In this document: positions 8,386 through 18,394 of the stretch, piece after piece
How positions within the stretch are numbered: the stretch's first letter is position 1
Layout: each line of letters opens with the position of its first letter
Assembly: GCA_038230095.1 (NCBI GenBank)
Contig: JBBRNT010000001.1
Coordinates: 48,848 to 112,847, forward strand
Direction: 5' to 3'
DNA from: Candidatus Saccharimonadia bacterium
GTDB taxonomy: Bacteria; Patescibacteriota; Saccharimonadia; UBA4664; JBBRNT01
DNA: 64,000 nucleotides
Made by a program: the position numbers and the translations under genes
The notes under the pieces: generated by a model
The model's input: the letters and a program-made list of their open reading frames with translations, nothing else
Database searches by the model: none
What the model was told of the DNA's origin: nothing

Positions 8386-9777
8386 ATGCAGACATTGTTA
8401 CGACGCGTACGACCACTCCCCTATCTAGTTCTCAAGCATTGGCGTGGGCTCGCGGGCGCACTGCTCCTATTCGGCTTTTTCTTTATCATTTGCGTGGGCC
8501 GGCTCGACCCAGACTTCGGGTGGCATCTGGCGGCCGGACGCTACATCCTGGCGCATGGCGTGCCAGCGACCGACCCGTTTAGCCTGACCATGTCGAAATT
8601 CCGCTGGGTGGACCATGAGTGGCTGCAGGACGTACTGTGGGCTGGCGTGTACCATCTGGGCGGCTACCGACTGCTTGCTGTAATGTGGGCCGCTCTCTGG
8701 ACAGCTGGTGTGCTGCTAGTCACTCGAACACGCTCCTGGGTGGTTGTAGGGCTGACGGCTGGCGTGCTAGCCCCATTTGCCGGTATACGCGCTGCCATCT
8801 GGGGGCTTTTGGGCGTGGGGCTAGTGGAGTGGCTAGTAGCAAGCAAATGGCGCCAGCGCTATGTGGCAATTATTGGTTTGTTTCTTATCTGGGCCAATGT
8901 GCATGCCAGCTTTGTATTTGGCCTGGGCGTGCTGGGTCTGGGTGTGGTTATGGACCGGGCCAAGGACCGCCGCCTGGTCTGGGCGACTGGACTCGCGGTG
9001 CTGGCTTCTCTTCTGAATCCCTATGGCTGGCAGGTGTATCTGGAGGTGTGGCGGACAGCATCGGATAGGCAGCTAGCCGGCCGAGTGTTTGAGTGGGCGC
9101 CCAATGCGCTGCGGCCGGCCTACCTGGTATTTGTACTGCTCCTGGTCTGCTTAGTTCTGTCGCTGGAGGGCTGGCGGAGCTGGAGGCGCTATCTGGTGGC
9201 AGGACTAACGCTGGTGATGAGCCTAGTTTCTATGCGTCATACTGTCCTGTTTGTAGCGGCTAGCTCGCGCCACCTTGGCCGACTATACCGAGTGGCAGCC
9301 AACAAGCTCCGTGGACGGCTACAACTGGCTTTTGTAGCTAAATATACCCTGGTGGTGGCAGTGATCCTGCCCACCGTACTAGGCTCCCAGTTGCGGTATG
9401 ACCGAGAAAGCCACTACGCTGGGAGGTATGTAGCGTATGCGCAGGACCATCCGTGTGCCGGTAACGTCTTTACCACCTATGACAATAATGGCTATCTCAT
9501 CTGGAAACTACCTGGCTTCCGGAGCTACATAGATGGGCGTATGCCCAGCTGGAAGGACGGCGAGGGTAAAATATTTGATCGTTACCTTCGGGTTTTTAAC
9601 GACCCTACCTATCGAGACCTGGAGTTTCGGCGCTTTAATATTGCTTGTGTGGTGGTACTCCAGGTTGATGAATCGCTAACGCACCGGATACAGGAGCAAT
9701 TCTTTGCAGATCTACGAGCGCAGGGCTGGCAGGACATTCCCGCTATGGGTAGTTACGTGGTGCTCGCACGGCCATAA
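8386..9777 (+). CDS. Polytopic membrane protein, GT-C-like glycosyltransferase
   Basis: DPDFGWHLAAG...WVDHEWL, WANVH, LNPYG and IDGR motifs. Start placed after the tRNA and a TATAAT box. Confidence 0.7.
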   Translation: MQTLLRRVRPLPYLVLKHWRGLAGALLLFGFFFIICVGRLDPDFGWHLAAGRYILAHGVPATDPFSLTMSKFRWVDHEWLQDVLWAGVYHLGGYRLLAVMWAALWTAGVLLVTRTRSWVVVGLTAGVLAPFAGIRAAIWGLLGVGLVEWLVASKWRQRYVAIIGLFLIWANVHASFVFGLGVLGLGVVMDRAKDRRLVWATGLAVLASLLNPYGWQVYLEVWRTASDRQLAGRVFEWAPNALRPAYLVFVLLLVCLVLSLEGWRSWRRYLVAGLTLVMSLVSMRHTVLFVAASSRHLGRLYRVAANKLRGRLQLAFVAKYTLVVAVILPTVLGSQLRYDRESHYAGRYVAYAQDHPCAGNVFTTYDNNGYLIWKLPGFRSYIDGRMPSWKDGEGKIFDRYLRVFNDPTYRDLEFRRFNIACVVVLQVDESLTHRIQEQFFADLRAQGWQDIPAMGSYVVLARP

Positions 9778-9783
9778 GAGAGC

Positions 9784-10719
9784 CTAGGGCGTACCGGTCT
9801 GTAACTGTTTAATGAACCCGGCCTGTTCGGTGGCCTTTTCTGTCTGACCCAGATCATTCTCGGCCTGTTGAAGGAGTTGATGGAGCTGGATATTGGCAGG
9901 ATCGCTAGTGACCGCGGCAATAAGGCGATCGGCGGTGATCTGGAGCTCGGCCGGGCTATACCTGTAGCGGGCTAGGCGGATTGTAGCCTCGAGCCGAATA
10001 GACTCACTGTTTGGCGAAGACACGGCTCCCACTGCCCTCTCTGCGCTGCGTAGGAGCTCGCCATTGGCCAGAACAACTGCCAGCTGGTATTTACCGCTCT
10101 CGGCATACGCAAGCGTTTTACGGGCCTCTAGGCTGGTTAGATTGGCAGCTAAGGTGTGGAGCTCGGTAGTTCTATCGGCTATCAGGTAGGCTAGGCCGAG
10201 CTGGAACTGCGCACTACTATCCCCTACCCCATCCGATACGGCGGCCTCGGCGGCCATCACGCTGTCTCGGGAGCGATTGAGCTCGAGGAAGATGCGGGAC
10301 TCTAGGGTGGAAGCCTTGGCACTAGATTGCCGAGCGAGCAGGCTTGTTATGGTACCCAGCGCCAGATCTGGCTTATCGGCGGCCAGTTGAATCTGGGCTT
10401 GCCGATAGCCGGTGGTAGTAATTGGCAGGCGCCTCAGGGTGGTGAGCGCATTGTCGACCAGGCCGAGCTGGAGGTACTTCTCGGCCAGGGCAGTAATGTA
10501 TTCTGGCTTCTCGGGAGCCAACACATTGGCGTAGCGGTAGTTTAGCGCGGCTTGGGTGGCATCGCTGGCACTATCCCCTGCTCCGGCAAAGGCGGCGGCA
10601 CGGCTGAGGCGCCAGGGATTGAGCGCAACACAGCCAGCGGCTAGGATGACCACAATGCCTCCGATTATCAGGAGGGTGCGGCGGCTAGGGCGTTTGAGCG
10701 TAGGCTTCCAGTGCTTCAT
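9784..10719 (-). CDS. Membrane-anchored TPR-like helical repeat protein
   Basis: N-terminal TM followed by Ala/Leu-rich helical repeats. Confidence 0.6.
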   Translation of the reverse strand: MKHWKPTLKRPSRRTLLIIGGIVVILAAGCVALNPWRLSRAAAFAGAGDSASDATQAALNYRYANVLAPEKPEYITALAEKYLQLGLVDNALTTLRRLPITTTGYRQAQIQLAADKPDLALGTITSLLARQSSAKASTLESRIFLELNRSRDSVMAAEAAVSDGVGDSSAQFQLGLAYLIADRTTELHTLAANLTSLEARKTLAYAESGKYQLAVVLANGELLRSAERAVGAVSSPNSESIRLEATIRLARYRYSPAELQITADRLIAAVTSDPANIQLHQLLQQAENDLGQTEKATEQAGFIKQLQTGTP

Positions 10720-10773
10720 TAGCACTGATGGTAGCAGTTACGCGGGGGCATTTCGAGCGCAACGGGTGTGGCG

Positions 10774-13326
10774 CTAGCCAACGGAAGCGATTTGTTCAGC
10801 GAGCTTGGTAGCTATAAGTGATGCCTCGGCCTTGCGCGCCATAGTTTGCTCACGGATATGATCTGGGAGGCGGTCGTTTGCTAGCTGCTTATCGAGCTTT
10901 TCCAGATAGGCGGTTTTTTCGGCTAGTTCTGATTGCAGCCTAGATTTGTAGTCGTCGATGCTAGATTTCTCAATATCGAGCCAGGCATTGGGGCCGGCGT
11001 AGTTAATAGCCAGGCCCTTGCCTTTCTCGGAGTATTCGAGTGAGCCTAGCTTGGCTAGGCCCTGAATAATATCGGCGTTCTCTCCTATTAGCTCCTTTGA
11101 GGAATGAACCAACTTTGGCTTTGCTAAGCCAAGAGCTATAGACTGGATACGGATGGCTGAGACCAAATCAATGATTGTTTGGAAGGTTTTGGCGTCGGCA
11201 GGGTATGACTTCCCTGTCTCAGGCCAGGCGGATACAATTAGATTTTGCTTTTGCCAAGCCATTTGCTGCCAGATTGCCTCGGTCACGAACGGGGCTATGG
11301 GATGGGCGAGCTTTAATATTGTCTCGAGGCAGTGGGCGAGAACATCTATATTCGTTTCAGCTTTGCTAGCCTCAATGTACCAGTCGGCAAAGTCGTTCCA
11401 CAGCAGGGAATAAACAGCCTGGCCCGCCTCAGAGAAGCGATAGCCCTCTATGTCTTTGGTGATCTGCTTGGTAGCGCCTGCCAGCTTAGTCAGGATCCAT
11501 TTATCGGCAAGCGACTTTGGTTCGGGAGCAGTGGGGGAGTAGTTCTCTGGGAGCTTCTCGATAATGAAGCGGGCCACGTTCCAGAGCTTGTTGCAGAAAT
11601 TGCGATAGCCCTCGATCTTTTCGACAGATAGGGAGCCCCCGGTACCGGGAGTGACACCAATGGTAAGGGCTAGTCGCAGGGCGTCAGTGCCGTACTTCGA
11701 GGTCATTTCGAGAGGATTGATGACATTGCCCTTGGACTTGGACATTTTTTTGCCAGCCGCATCATTGACAGTGCCCCAGAGGTAGACGTCTTTGAACGGT
11801 ACCTGGCCGGTGCGATAAATGCCAAACATGATCATGCGTGTCACCCACAGGTAGAGGATGTCGCGGGCGGTGGCCATGACTGAGGTAGGGTAGAACTGGT
11901 CGAAGTCGCCGGTGGCCATGAGGGTGGCGTAGGGCCATTGACCAGATGAGAACCAGGTGTCGAACACATCGGTTTCGGCCTCGTAGCCGCCCGGGCCATA
12001 GGTCTTGATAGCCTCGGCCTCATCAGTTGCCACGATGTACTCAGGTAGGGAAGTGTCGGTGGTGGCATTGTAGTAGATAGGGATGTGGATGCCAAACCAG
12101 TTCTGGCGACTAATGTTCCAGTCGTGCAGGTTCTCGAGCCAATCTATAGCCTGCTTCTTGAAGCGCGTAGGGTAGAACTGGATCTCATCTGACTGGATGG
12201 CAGCAATGGCCGGCTTTTTGAGCTTATCCACCTTCAACCACCACTGATCTGTCACGAGGGGCTCAATGAGCGTACCGCAGCGATCATGGAAGGCGACAGA
12301 GTGGGAATAGTTCATATCCACATGGTCCATGAGGCCACGTTCCTGGAGATCGTGGGCGGTAGCGGCGCGAGCGTCGGCGACAGTCATGCCGGCGTACTTG
12401 CCTGCTAATGAGGTAAGGAGGCCGTCGGTACCAATGACTTGCTTTACTTCCAGATGATGGCGCTGGCCCATCTCCCAGTCGTTGGGGTCGTGGGCAGGGG
12501 TGACCTTGACCACACCGGTGCCGAACTCTGGAGCGACAAAATCGTCGCCGATGACCTGGAACTTCACAGGCCCGAGTAGGTCTTCGGCCTGAATGGTGGT
12601 GCCGATGAGCTTGTTGTATCTGTCGTCCTTAGGATTGACGGCAATAGCCGTATCACCGAACTTGGTCTCGGGGCGGACGGTGGCGATGACAAATGGGCCG
12701 TACTTGATGTAATAGAGGGGATCGAGCTGCTCGCGGTACTTCAGCTCAATGTCGGAGAAGCTCGAGCGGCAGTGGGGGCACCAGTTCACAATCCGGGCAC
12801 CGCGGTAGATAAGGCCGTCTGCGTGCATGCGGCGGAACGTCTCGTAGACGGTAGTAAGGATGTCTGCATCGAGGGTGAACTGGAACTTGGACCAATCCAC
12901 GCTGAAGCCAAGGCTGCGTAGCTGGGTGGTGACATTGCCCATATTTTGCTTGGTAAATGCCAACGCAGCGTCGTAGAAAGGCTCGCGGCCCAGATCAAAC
13001 CGGCTTTTACCCTCGGCAGCCAGGACGCGCTCGTAGACCACCTGGGTCTCGATACCGGCGTGGTCGGCACCCGGGAGCCAGAGGGTCGGGCGGCCTTGCA
13101 TGCGGGCATAACGAGCAAGAACGTCTTCCACCAGGTACATGGCGTGGCCAGCATGGAGATTGCCATTGGCGTTGGGCGGGGGCATAATGATAGAAAATGG
13201 CTCTACAGAGCCCTTACCAGCACGTAAAGCAGCATTGCCCTCCGGCGTAAAGGCGCCGGACTTTTCCCAGAGATGGTAAATGTCGGCTTCGTATTTGCTT
13301 GGATCGTAGGCTTTATCGAGTGGCAT
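10774..13326 (-). CDS. valS: Valine--tRNA ligase
   Basis: PPPNANGNLHAGH (HIGH), DHAGIETQ, DTWFSS, KMSKSKGN. Confidence 0.98.
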   Translation of the reverse strand: MPLDKAYDPSKYEADIYHLWEKSGAFTPEGNAALRAGKGSVEPFSIIMPPPNANGNLHAGHAMYLVEDVLARYARMQGRPTLWLPGADHAGIETQVVYERVLAAEGKSRFDLGREPFYDAALAFTKQNMGNVTTQLRSLGFSVDWSKFQFTLDADILTTVYETFRRMHADGLIYRGARIVNWCPHCRSSFSDIELKYREQLDPLYYIKYGPFVIATVRPETKFGDTAIAVNPKDDRYNKLIGTTIQAEDLLGPVKFQVIGDDFVAPEFGTGVVKVTPAHDPNDWEMGQRHHLEVKQVIGTDGLLTSLAGKYAGMTVADARAATAHDLQERGLMDHVDMNYSHSVAFHDRCGTLIEPLVTDQWWLKVDKLKKPAIAAIQSDEIQFYPTRFKKQAIDWLENLHDWNISRQNWFGIHIPIYYNATTDTSLPEYIVATDEAEAIKTYGPGGYEAETDVFDTWFSSGQWPYATLMATGDFDQFYPTSVMATARDILYLWVTRMIMFGIYRTGQVPFKDVYLWGTVNDAAGKKMSKSKGNVINPLEMTSKYGTDALRLALTIGVTPGTGGSLSVEKIEGYRNFCNKLWNVARFIIEKLPENYSPTAPEPKSLADKWILTKLAGATKQITKDIEGYRFSEAGQAVYSLLWNDFADWYIEASKAETNIDVLAHCLETILKLAHPIAPFVTEAIWQQMAWQKQNLIVSAWPETGKSYPADAKTFQTIIDLVSAIRIQSIALGLAKPKLVHSSKELIGENADIIQGLAKLGSLEYSEKGKGLAINYAGPNAWLDIEKSSIDDYKSRLQSELAEKTAYLEKLDKQLANDRLPDHIREQTMARKAEASLIATKLAEQIASVG

Positions 13327-13489
13327 GATACCGAAATTCTAGCTCAGTGGAGCCAATCTGTCGACTCACACGGCGTCTTGCCTGGCGCGCACAAGCCCAG
13401 CCTATGATTATTAGATGTGCCTGTTTTGTTCGATTGGGCATTTGTTCCTTGAGCGTAGCGAACGACCATAAAATTTTTACGCGAAGGGG

Positions 13490-13680
13490 AAATGGAGGAG
13501 TACTATCCACCTCCCTCCCATTTCATCTATGACCTATTCTGCTAGTCCGAGAATTCCTTTCTCCTCTTTCTTGGTACCTTTGTGACTCCAAAAGTACCCA
13601 AAACCAAGCGAGACAACGAGCGACAAAGCTCGACTCACTCGCTTTGTCCCACCGTACTCATGCTCACTGACGCTGTATTT
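13490..13680 (+). repeat. Copy of the dispersed structured repeat family (see 3090-3745)
   Basis: Shared blocks GTACTA.CC.C.T.CCTCCCATT..CATCTAT, hairpin plus CAAAACC, GCGAGACAACGAGC, CGTACTCATGCTC. Confidence 0.65.
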
Positions 13681-14045
13681 TTTCGATGTTTGAGCAAATC
13701 AGGGGTGGACGGAAGGGGATATGGCAGCGAGACGCGCCTGAATACCGAACATAACGGGTGTGGGAGGGGCGAACGGCATAAGCGCTTTGACCTAAACATT
13801 TCACGATTCAGAATTATGGCTTAAGCACGCTAGAAAAGTGGCGGTCTGAATTGATTATGTTTTTGGCGTGAGTTTGCGTATTTTCAATTTGAGGGCTTAG
13901 CCGAACATACCACTTATGCTAATCCCGAACGCTACATTGGCTCTTGATGGGCTTTCATGAAGAGGATTATGGCTTAAGGACTGCAGAAAGTAGTGAGTCA
14001 GAAAGAAAAGCCCCCACTGGGTAGTGGGGGCTGGCCGCAATGTGG

Positions 14046-14312
14046 CTAGGACGTGGCAGGCTCGCTGGCCTGCACGAGGTCGATTACTTGGCCACAGAGT
14101 GCTCCAAAGGTCTGGCAGCTGCCAATACTCGTTCCGGTAACGGTGATGCGGAAGAGGCCAGAGAACTCGACCGAAAGCAACCTACCCTGCTGATAACTGT
14201 AGCCTAGGCCATGGTTACCGAGGGGTGTCTCATCGGTTGCTGTCTCGGGATCGATCATGTACAGATCACCGAGGAGACCAAGCAGCTTGGACCGTATCTC
14301 GCCGGCCGTCAT
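14046..14312 (-). CDS. Acyl-carrier-protein-like small protein
   Basis: 88 aa. IDPETATDETPLGNHGLGYS resembles the ACP loop with its Ser; C-terminal T(F)GAL helix. Confidence 0.5.
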   Translation of the reverse strand: MTAGEIRSKLLGLLGDLYMIDPETATDETPLGNHGLGYSYQQGRLLSVEFSGLFRITVTGTSIGSCQTFGALCGQVIDLVQASEPATS

Positions 14313-14794
14313 GGGCGGACGCCCATTGCGCTCAGAGCAAGGTTGTCGATGTGACGCTTGATCACAAGTGCTCGCAGACTTGCATAGTCGTTGGCAGGTA
14401 GGAAGCTGAAAAAGAAGTCGAAGAAGCTATTGCCCCACTGCTTGCCCTCGGCATCGATAGTAAAAAGCAGTGGATAGGCGGCCAAGCTCTCGATCGGCCG
14501 CAGCCTACTGGTGACCGTGTAAGTCCGGTTGGGGATGTTACAGGCGATGGCATATGGGCTCTCCCACACCCGATCGTGTTCGACATGGCCTTCTCGGCTC
14601 CAGACGGCCAACTGCAAAAGGATAATCTCAGCAAAGCTGCTACGCGTGATGGACTCGTCGATCACGGCCAGAAACACGGTGTAACCACCGACCTGTGGCT
14701 GCTGCGCGAGCCGGTTGCGAACCTCGCGGGCGAGGCTGAGTGCGGCGTCACGTCGGGTGTCGGGCCTTTCGGCGGGGGTAGTGGTGTCGGACAT
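14309..14794 (-). CDS. Hypothetical protein (paralog of 15259-15765)
   Basis: Own promoter (TCGACA-N17-CATAAT), ATGA overlap with the next gene, collinear similarity to its paralog. Confidence 0.65.
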   Translation of the reverse strand: MSDTTTPAERPDTRRDAALSLAREVRNRLAQQPQVGGYTVFLAVIDESITRSSFAEIILLQLAVWSREGHVEHDRVWESPYAIACNIPNRTYTVTSRLRPIESLAAYPLLFTIDAEGKQWGNSFFDFFFSFLPANDYASLRALVIKRHIDNLALSAMGVRP

Positions 14795-14989
14795 GTGCTT
14801 CTCTTCTCGGTTGGTGAGTGGGGACGGGCCGTATTATGCCATAAGCAATTGAGTCTGTCGATATCGAAAAACCCCACCGAGGCGGGGTTTCCGTAATCGG
14901 TGGGGCGTGGGTGCATCTAGGACTGGTGGGGCTGTGGCTCGGTAGTCACTGGTGTCTGTGGGGGCGAAGTGGATGGTACGGCAAGGGGG

Positions 14990-15262
14990 TTAATTTGTGC
15001 TCGCACCGGTGTTGCTGTTACGCGCTTGGTGACGTGAGCGGGACCGGCAAGCTAGGTGGATGAGGTAGCTTGCACAGTACATGAAGGCGATGTACAACGT
15101 GCCTCGGGTAGCAGTGGAGTTGCGGATATGCTCCGGCCCAGTGCGGAGCGAGATTATGACCCCCATGGTAGTAGCGAGAGTGGCGAGCCACATGAAGGTT
15201 ACTACGGCGTATTGGGCAGTTGTAAACCGAGGACGGTACTCCCTTGTGGGCTGTTGGCTCAT
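14990..15262 (-). CDS. Small two-TM membrane protein
   Basis: Two hydrophobic segments; ATGA overlap with the upstream gene. Confidence 0.6.
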   Translation of the reverse strand: MSQQPTREYRPRFTTAQYAVVTFMWLATLATTMGVIISLRTGPEHIRNSTATRGTLYIAFMYCASYLIHLACRSRSRHQARNSNTGASTN

Positions 15263-15765
15263 GCTCTGACCTGCCTGTTGCCAGAGTCGCGCTGCGCCAT
15301 CTCTTGGTACATGGTAAGGATGGTCATGGCCGGGTTGGATTCCTCGAACGTGAGGTAGCCGTTCAGCAGATACAGTAAGAAGCTGCCACTGGCTAGCTCT
15401 CCGGTGTAAGGAGAAAATGGGCAGAAGGGGGTTTCCGCGGCGAGCTGGTCCAGCGGGAGAAGCTGGTAGGTGACGTGCCTAGCGCGCTGCGCATAGTCGG
15501 TGGCGCGCGTGACGGTCCAGACCTGTAGGTCACTGTCTTCGCTCCAGTCGGCAATAAGACTGAGAAGGGTGGTGGCGTCCTCGCCCTCGATCACGTTTGG
15601 GAGCTCGAACAGCCCCTCGCCTAGTGCGGCTTCGACCACACTGCAGAACACGGTGTTGACGTCCGGTGACGTGGTGGACTGGTGGAGACGGCGTGTGAGT
15701 GCCTGGATGAGGCCACGCGCAACCATGGTCTGGGTAACGCGAGAATCGGTGGAATTGTCGGACAT
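15259..15765 (-). CDS. Hypothetical protein (paralog of 14309-14794)
   Basis: Upstream TGGCATAAT box; shares motifs with its paralog. Confidence 0.65.
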   Translation of the reverse strand: MSDNSTDSRVTQTMVARGLIQALTRRLHQSTTSPDVNTVFCSVVEAALGEGLFELPNVIEGEDATTLLSLIADWSEDSDLQVWTVTRATDYAQRARHVTYQLLPLDQLAAETPFCPFSPYTGELASGSFLLYLLNGYLTFEESNPAMTILTMYQEMAQRDSGNRQVRA

Positions 15766-15861
15766 GGAGCGCCTATGGCTTTCTTAATAGGGAATAGGAT
15801 GGCTGGATTATGCCACGGACTGGGCAGAAAGTCCAGCTCTCCCTGATAGCCAGAGAATAAG

Positions 15862-16893
15862 TCAAACAGGCAGACTAGGGTCTGTCACAAGGGCATCTGG
15901 AGCCACTACGAGGCCCGCTAGCGCATGATGATAGCCGAGGGAGGCAATCATGGCTGCATTGTCGGTACACAGCGCCATGGGTGCGTAGTGCATGGCCACG
16001 GGCAGACGGCGACTGGCCTCGTCCCTGAGCGCTTGGTTAGCGGCCACGCCACCTGCTATGACCACGGTGGCGGGGGAGTGCTTGTGATAAGCCTGAACCA
16101 ATCTGTCCACTAGTGTCTCGGCTACCGTTTGCTGGAAGCTCGCGGCTACGTCGTAGATCTGTTGCTCAGATAGCGTCTCGGCTAGGGTAAACGAGGGGGC
16201 AGTGTAGTCCTTTCCGGCTAGTTCCTGGCACTTGCGTAGCACAGAGGTCTTGAGGCCGGAGAAACTGAAGTCTAGCGAATCTGGGCCCAGATTGGCCTTG
16301 GGGAACTTATAGGCAGTGACATTCCCTTTGAGTGCGGCGGCGCCAATCTTGGGGCCGCCTGGGTAGGCCATGCCCAAGATGCGGGCGACCTTATCAAAGG
16401 CTTCGCCAGCGGCATCATCAATAGTAGAGCCGAGCAGCTCATAGTCCAGATAGTCCCGGAAAAGTAACAGATGGGAGTGGTTGCCGGAGGCTGATAGCGA
16501 AAGGAGTGGAAACGTAATTTCCTGGTCAATGAGCATATTGGCGTAGGTGTGAGCCACCACATGATTAATAGCGTAGAGTGGCTTTTTTTTGGCTTCGGCA
16601 AGGGTTTTTGCCGTAAGCGTGCCGATAAGGAGCGAGCCCAGCAGGCCCGGGCCAGATGTAACAGCTATGCCGTCGATGTCGTCCCAATCTGCAACCGCTT
16701 GGGCGAGTGCGTCCTTGATTACAGGCAGAATGGCCTCAATGTGGCTACGAGCGGCAATCTCTGGCACGACGCCGCCGTAGTGGGCGTGGATGTCTATCTG
16801 GGACACCAGGACGTTCGAGAGAACCTTTGTCCCATCCTCGACTACGGCCGCCGCCGTTTCATCGCAACTTGTTTCAATGCCAAGAATTTTCAT
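15862..16893 (-). CDS. tsaD: tRNA N6-adenosine threonylcarbamoyltransferase
   Basis: ILGIETSCDETAAA, GGVVPEIAARSH, DDAAGEAFDK, CTDNAAMI. Confidence 0.98.
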   Translation of the reverse strand: MKILGIETSCDETAAAVVEDGTKVLSNVLVSQIDIHAHYGGVVPEIAARSHIEAILPVIKDALAQAVADWDDIDGIAVTSGPGLLGSLLIGTLTAKTLAEAKKKPLYAINHVVAHTYANMLIDQEITFPLLSLSASGNHSHLLLFRDYLDYELLGSTIDDAAGEAFDKVARILGMAYPGGPKIGAAALKGNVTAYKFPKANLGPDSLDFSFSGLKTSVLRKCQELAGKDYTAPSFTLAETLSEQQIYDVAASFQQTVAETLVDRLVQAYHKHSPATVVIAGGVAANQALRDEASRRLPVAMHYAPMALCTDNAAMIASLGYHHALAGLVVAPDALVTDPSLPV

Positions 16894-16940
16894 CCGGGCA
16901 AGTATAGCTGGGGCGGGTGGGTATTGTCACGGGTAAAGCA

Positions 16941-17729
16941 AAAGCCCGCCCAGAAATGAATCTGGGCGGGCTTGGTGGACGGGTGGACGGATCAGCCGCC
17001 GGCGTGGGGCTCGCGCCGAGCCAGGTGGGACCGACGCTCGGCGCCGAAGCTGACCATGGTGGGGTCGTCGAATTGCCAGGGTCGTTCATGCCCGTCATGG
17101 TGACGGATGGTGAAGTGCATCTGGTTGAACTCGGTGACAGTGGTGAACAGCATGGCGCAGAGCCTGCGATGGAGTTCGTCGTTCGGATCTAGAACGTCAT
17201 CGGACTCTACCGAGAACCACGTGGGAACAACCCCAACCAAGTAGGTGTCCTTGATGGTCAACTTGATCCGCGTGTCGGGCAGGTAGTAGAACATTAGCTC
17301 TCCCAGCCGATCCCACTGGTCCGGAATGAAAGGACTGGGGGCGAAGAACCTGGGATTGGTGGTCGTCCAAGCTGCGTCGATTTCGTCGCGAACGATGCGG
17401 TACTCCCGATACTGAGCACTGGCGAGTTCGAGTACTTGGTCGTACGCACTGCTGGTGTCGGCTTTGGCGGCTTCTACCCGTGCGAGCTGCTCGGGCGTGA
17501 AGGCCAACGGATCACTGAACAGGCGACGGACAGTCTCAAGGTAGTTGATGGACTGGAGGAATGTTCCGGAGTTGTGCATGATGCACCTTTCAGTTGTGGG
17601 CGGATTGTGAACGATCGATTTCTCGACTATTCGAGTAAACGTCACACATAGTAGCATAAGTAGTATGTATTGTCAATACCTACGATCGAGACAAAGCTAA
17701 AGCCCGCCCAGAATAGAATCTGGACGGGC
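16941..17729. repeat. 31-bp imperfect direct repeat (16941-16971 and 17699-17729), terminator hairpins
   Basis: AAAGCCCGCCCAGAA(AT/TA)GAATCTGG(G/A)CGGGC with 3 mismatches. Confidence 0.85.
16992..17579 (-). CDS. Hypothetical protein
   Basis: RBS GAAAGG, upstream TTGACA-N17-TACTAT promoter, downstream terminator. Confidence 0.65.
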   Translation of the reverse strand: MHNSGTFLQSINYLETVRRLFSDPLAFTPEQLARVEAAKADTSSAYDQVLELASAQYREYRIVRDEIDAAWTTTNPRFFAPSPFIPDQWDRLGELMFYYLPDTRIKLTIKDTYLVGVVPTWFSVESDDVLDPNDELHRRLCAMLFTTVTEFNQMHFTIRHHDGHERPWQFDDPTMVSFGAERRSHLARREPHAGG

Positions 17730-17737
17730 GGGTGTGG

Positions 17738-18394
17738 CTAGTGCCAGCGGCTGGCTACCGAGAGGGCAGTGATAAATATGACGATAGCCAGGAGGTAACA
17801 CTGGAGCATCCAGCTCTGTAGGAAAGCTCTGACGCTTGTGGGCGTACCACTCACCTTGGCCATGTGACTGTTCACTGCGCCTTGTCTTACAAGATCTGCG
17901 GCGATAGTGCAGCCGACCAAGACGACCCTGGCCTGGTGAGATATGCCGTGAAACATAGCTTTGGCAGCAAACCAGAAGATGAACGCGTCGATGACGGTCG
18001 AGATCAGTCGGGGGCCGTGCGGTGAGCGCAGCAGTGGTCTGATGAGCCACTCCCGGAGCCAGCCGCCTTCTAGCTTAGGAGGACGCCAGTTCTTGGGTCC
18101 CTGTCCATGGAAGACCGCTAGCTGCACTTCGGCCCGGCGTTCATCTGGAACGCGAAGCTTGGATGCGTAGAAGGCCGGGTTGTCCGGTGATGGTACGACT
18201 TCGACCAGACCCTCTTGGATGGCCCACCATCGGGCTTGGCCGATGTAGACCTGCGTTGCCAGATGAGCTTGGCCTGGTGCCAGCGGACCATCTGCGGCCA
18301 GGAGCAGGGCAAGCGAGTGACGATCACGCTTGGTCAGGTAGTGCGGCGACTCGGGCTGTGAGGTGGTGGCTAGTGGGGTAATGGTGTCGGGCAT
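17738..18394 (-). CDS. Hypothetical membrane protein
   Basis: RBS AAGGAG, TGCTATAAC -10 box, C-terminal TM segments. Confidence 0.6.
   Translation of the reverse strand: MPDTITPLATTSQPESPHYLTKRDRHSLALLLAADGPLAPGQAHLATQVYIGQARWWAIQEGLVEVVPSPDNPAFYASKLRVPDERRAEVQLAVFHGQGPKNWRPPKLEGGWLREWLIRPLLRSPHGPRLISTVIDAFIFWFAAKAMFHGISHQARVVLVGCTIAADLVRQGAVNSHMAKVSGTPTSVRAFLQSWMLQCYLLAIVIFITALSVASRWH

Noticed and set aside
13330-13490. T-box riboswitch upstream of valS
   Set aside because: No T-box consensus seen, and a TAGAAT box lies only ~9 nt before the ATG.
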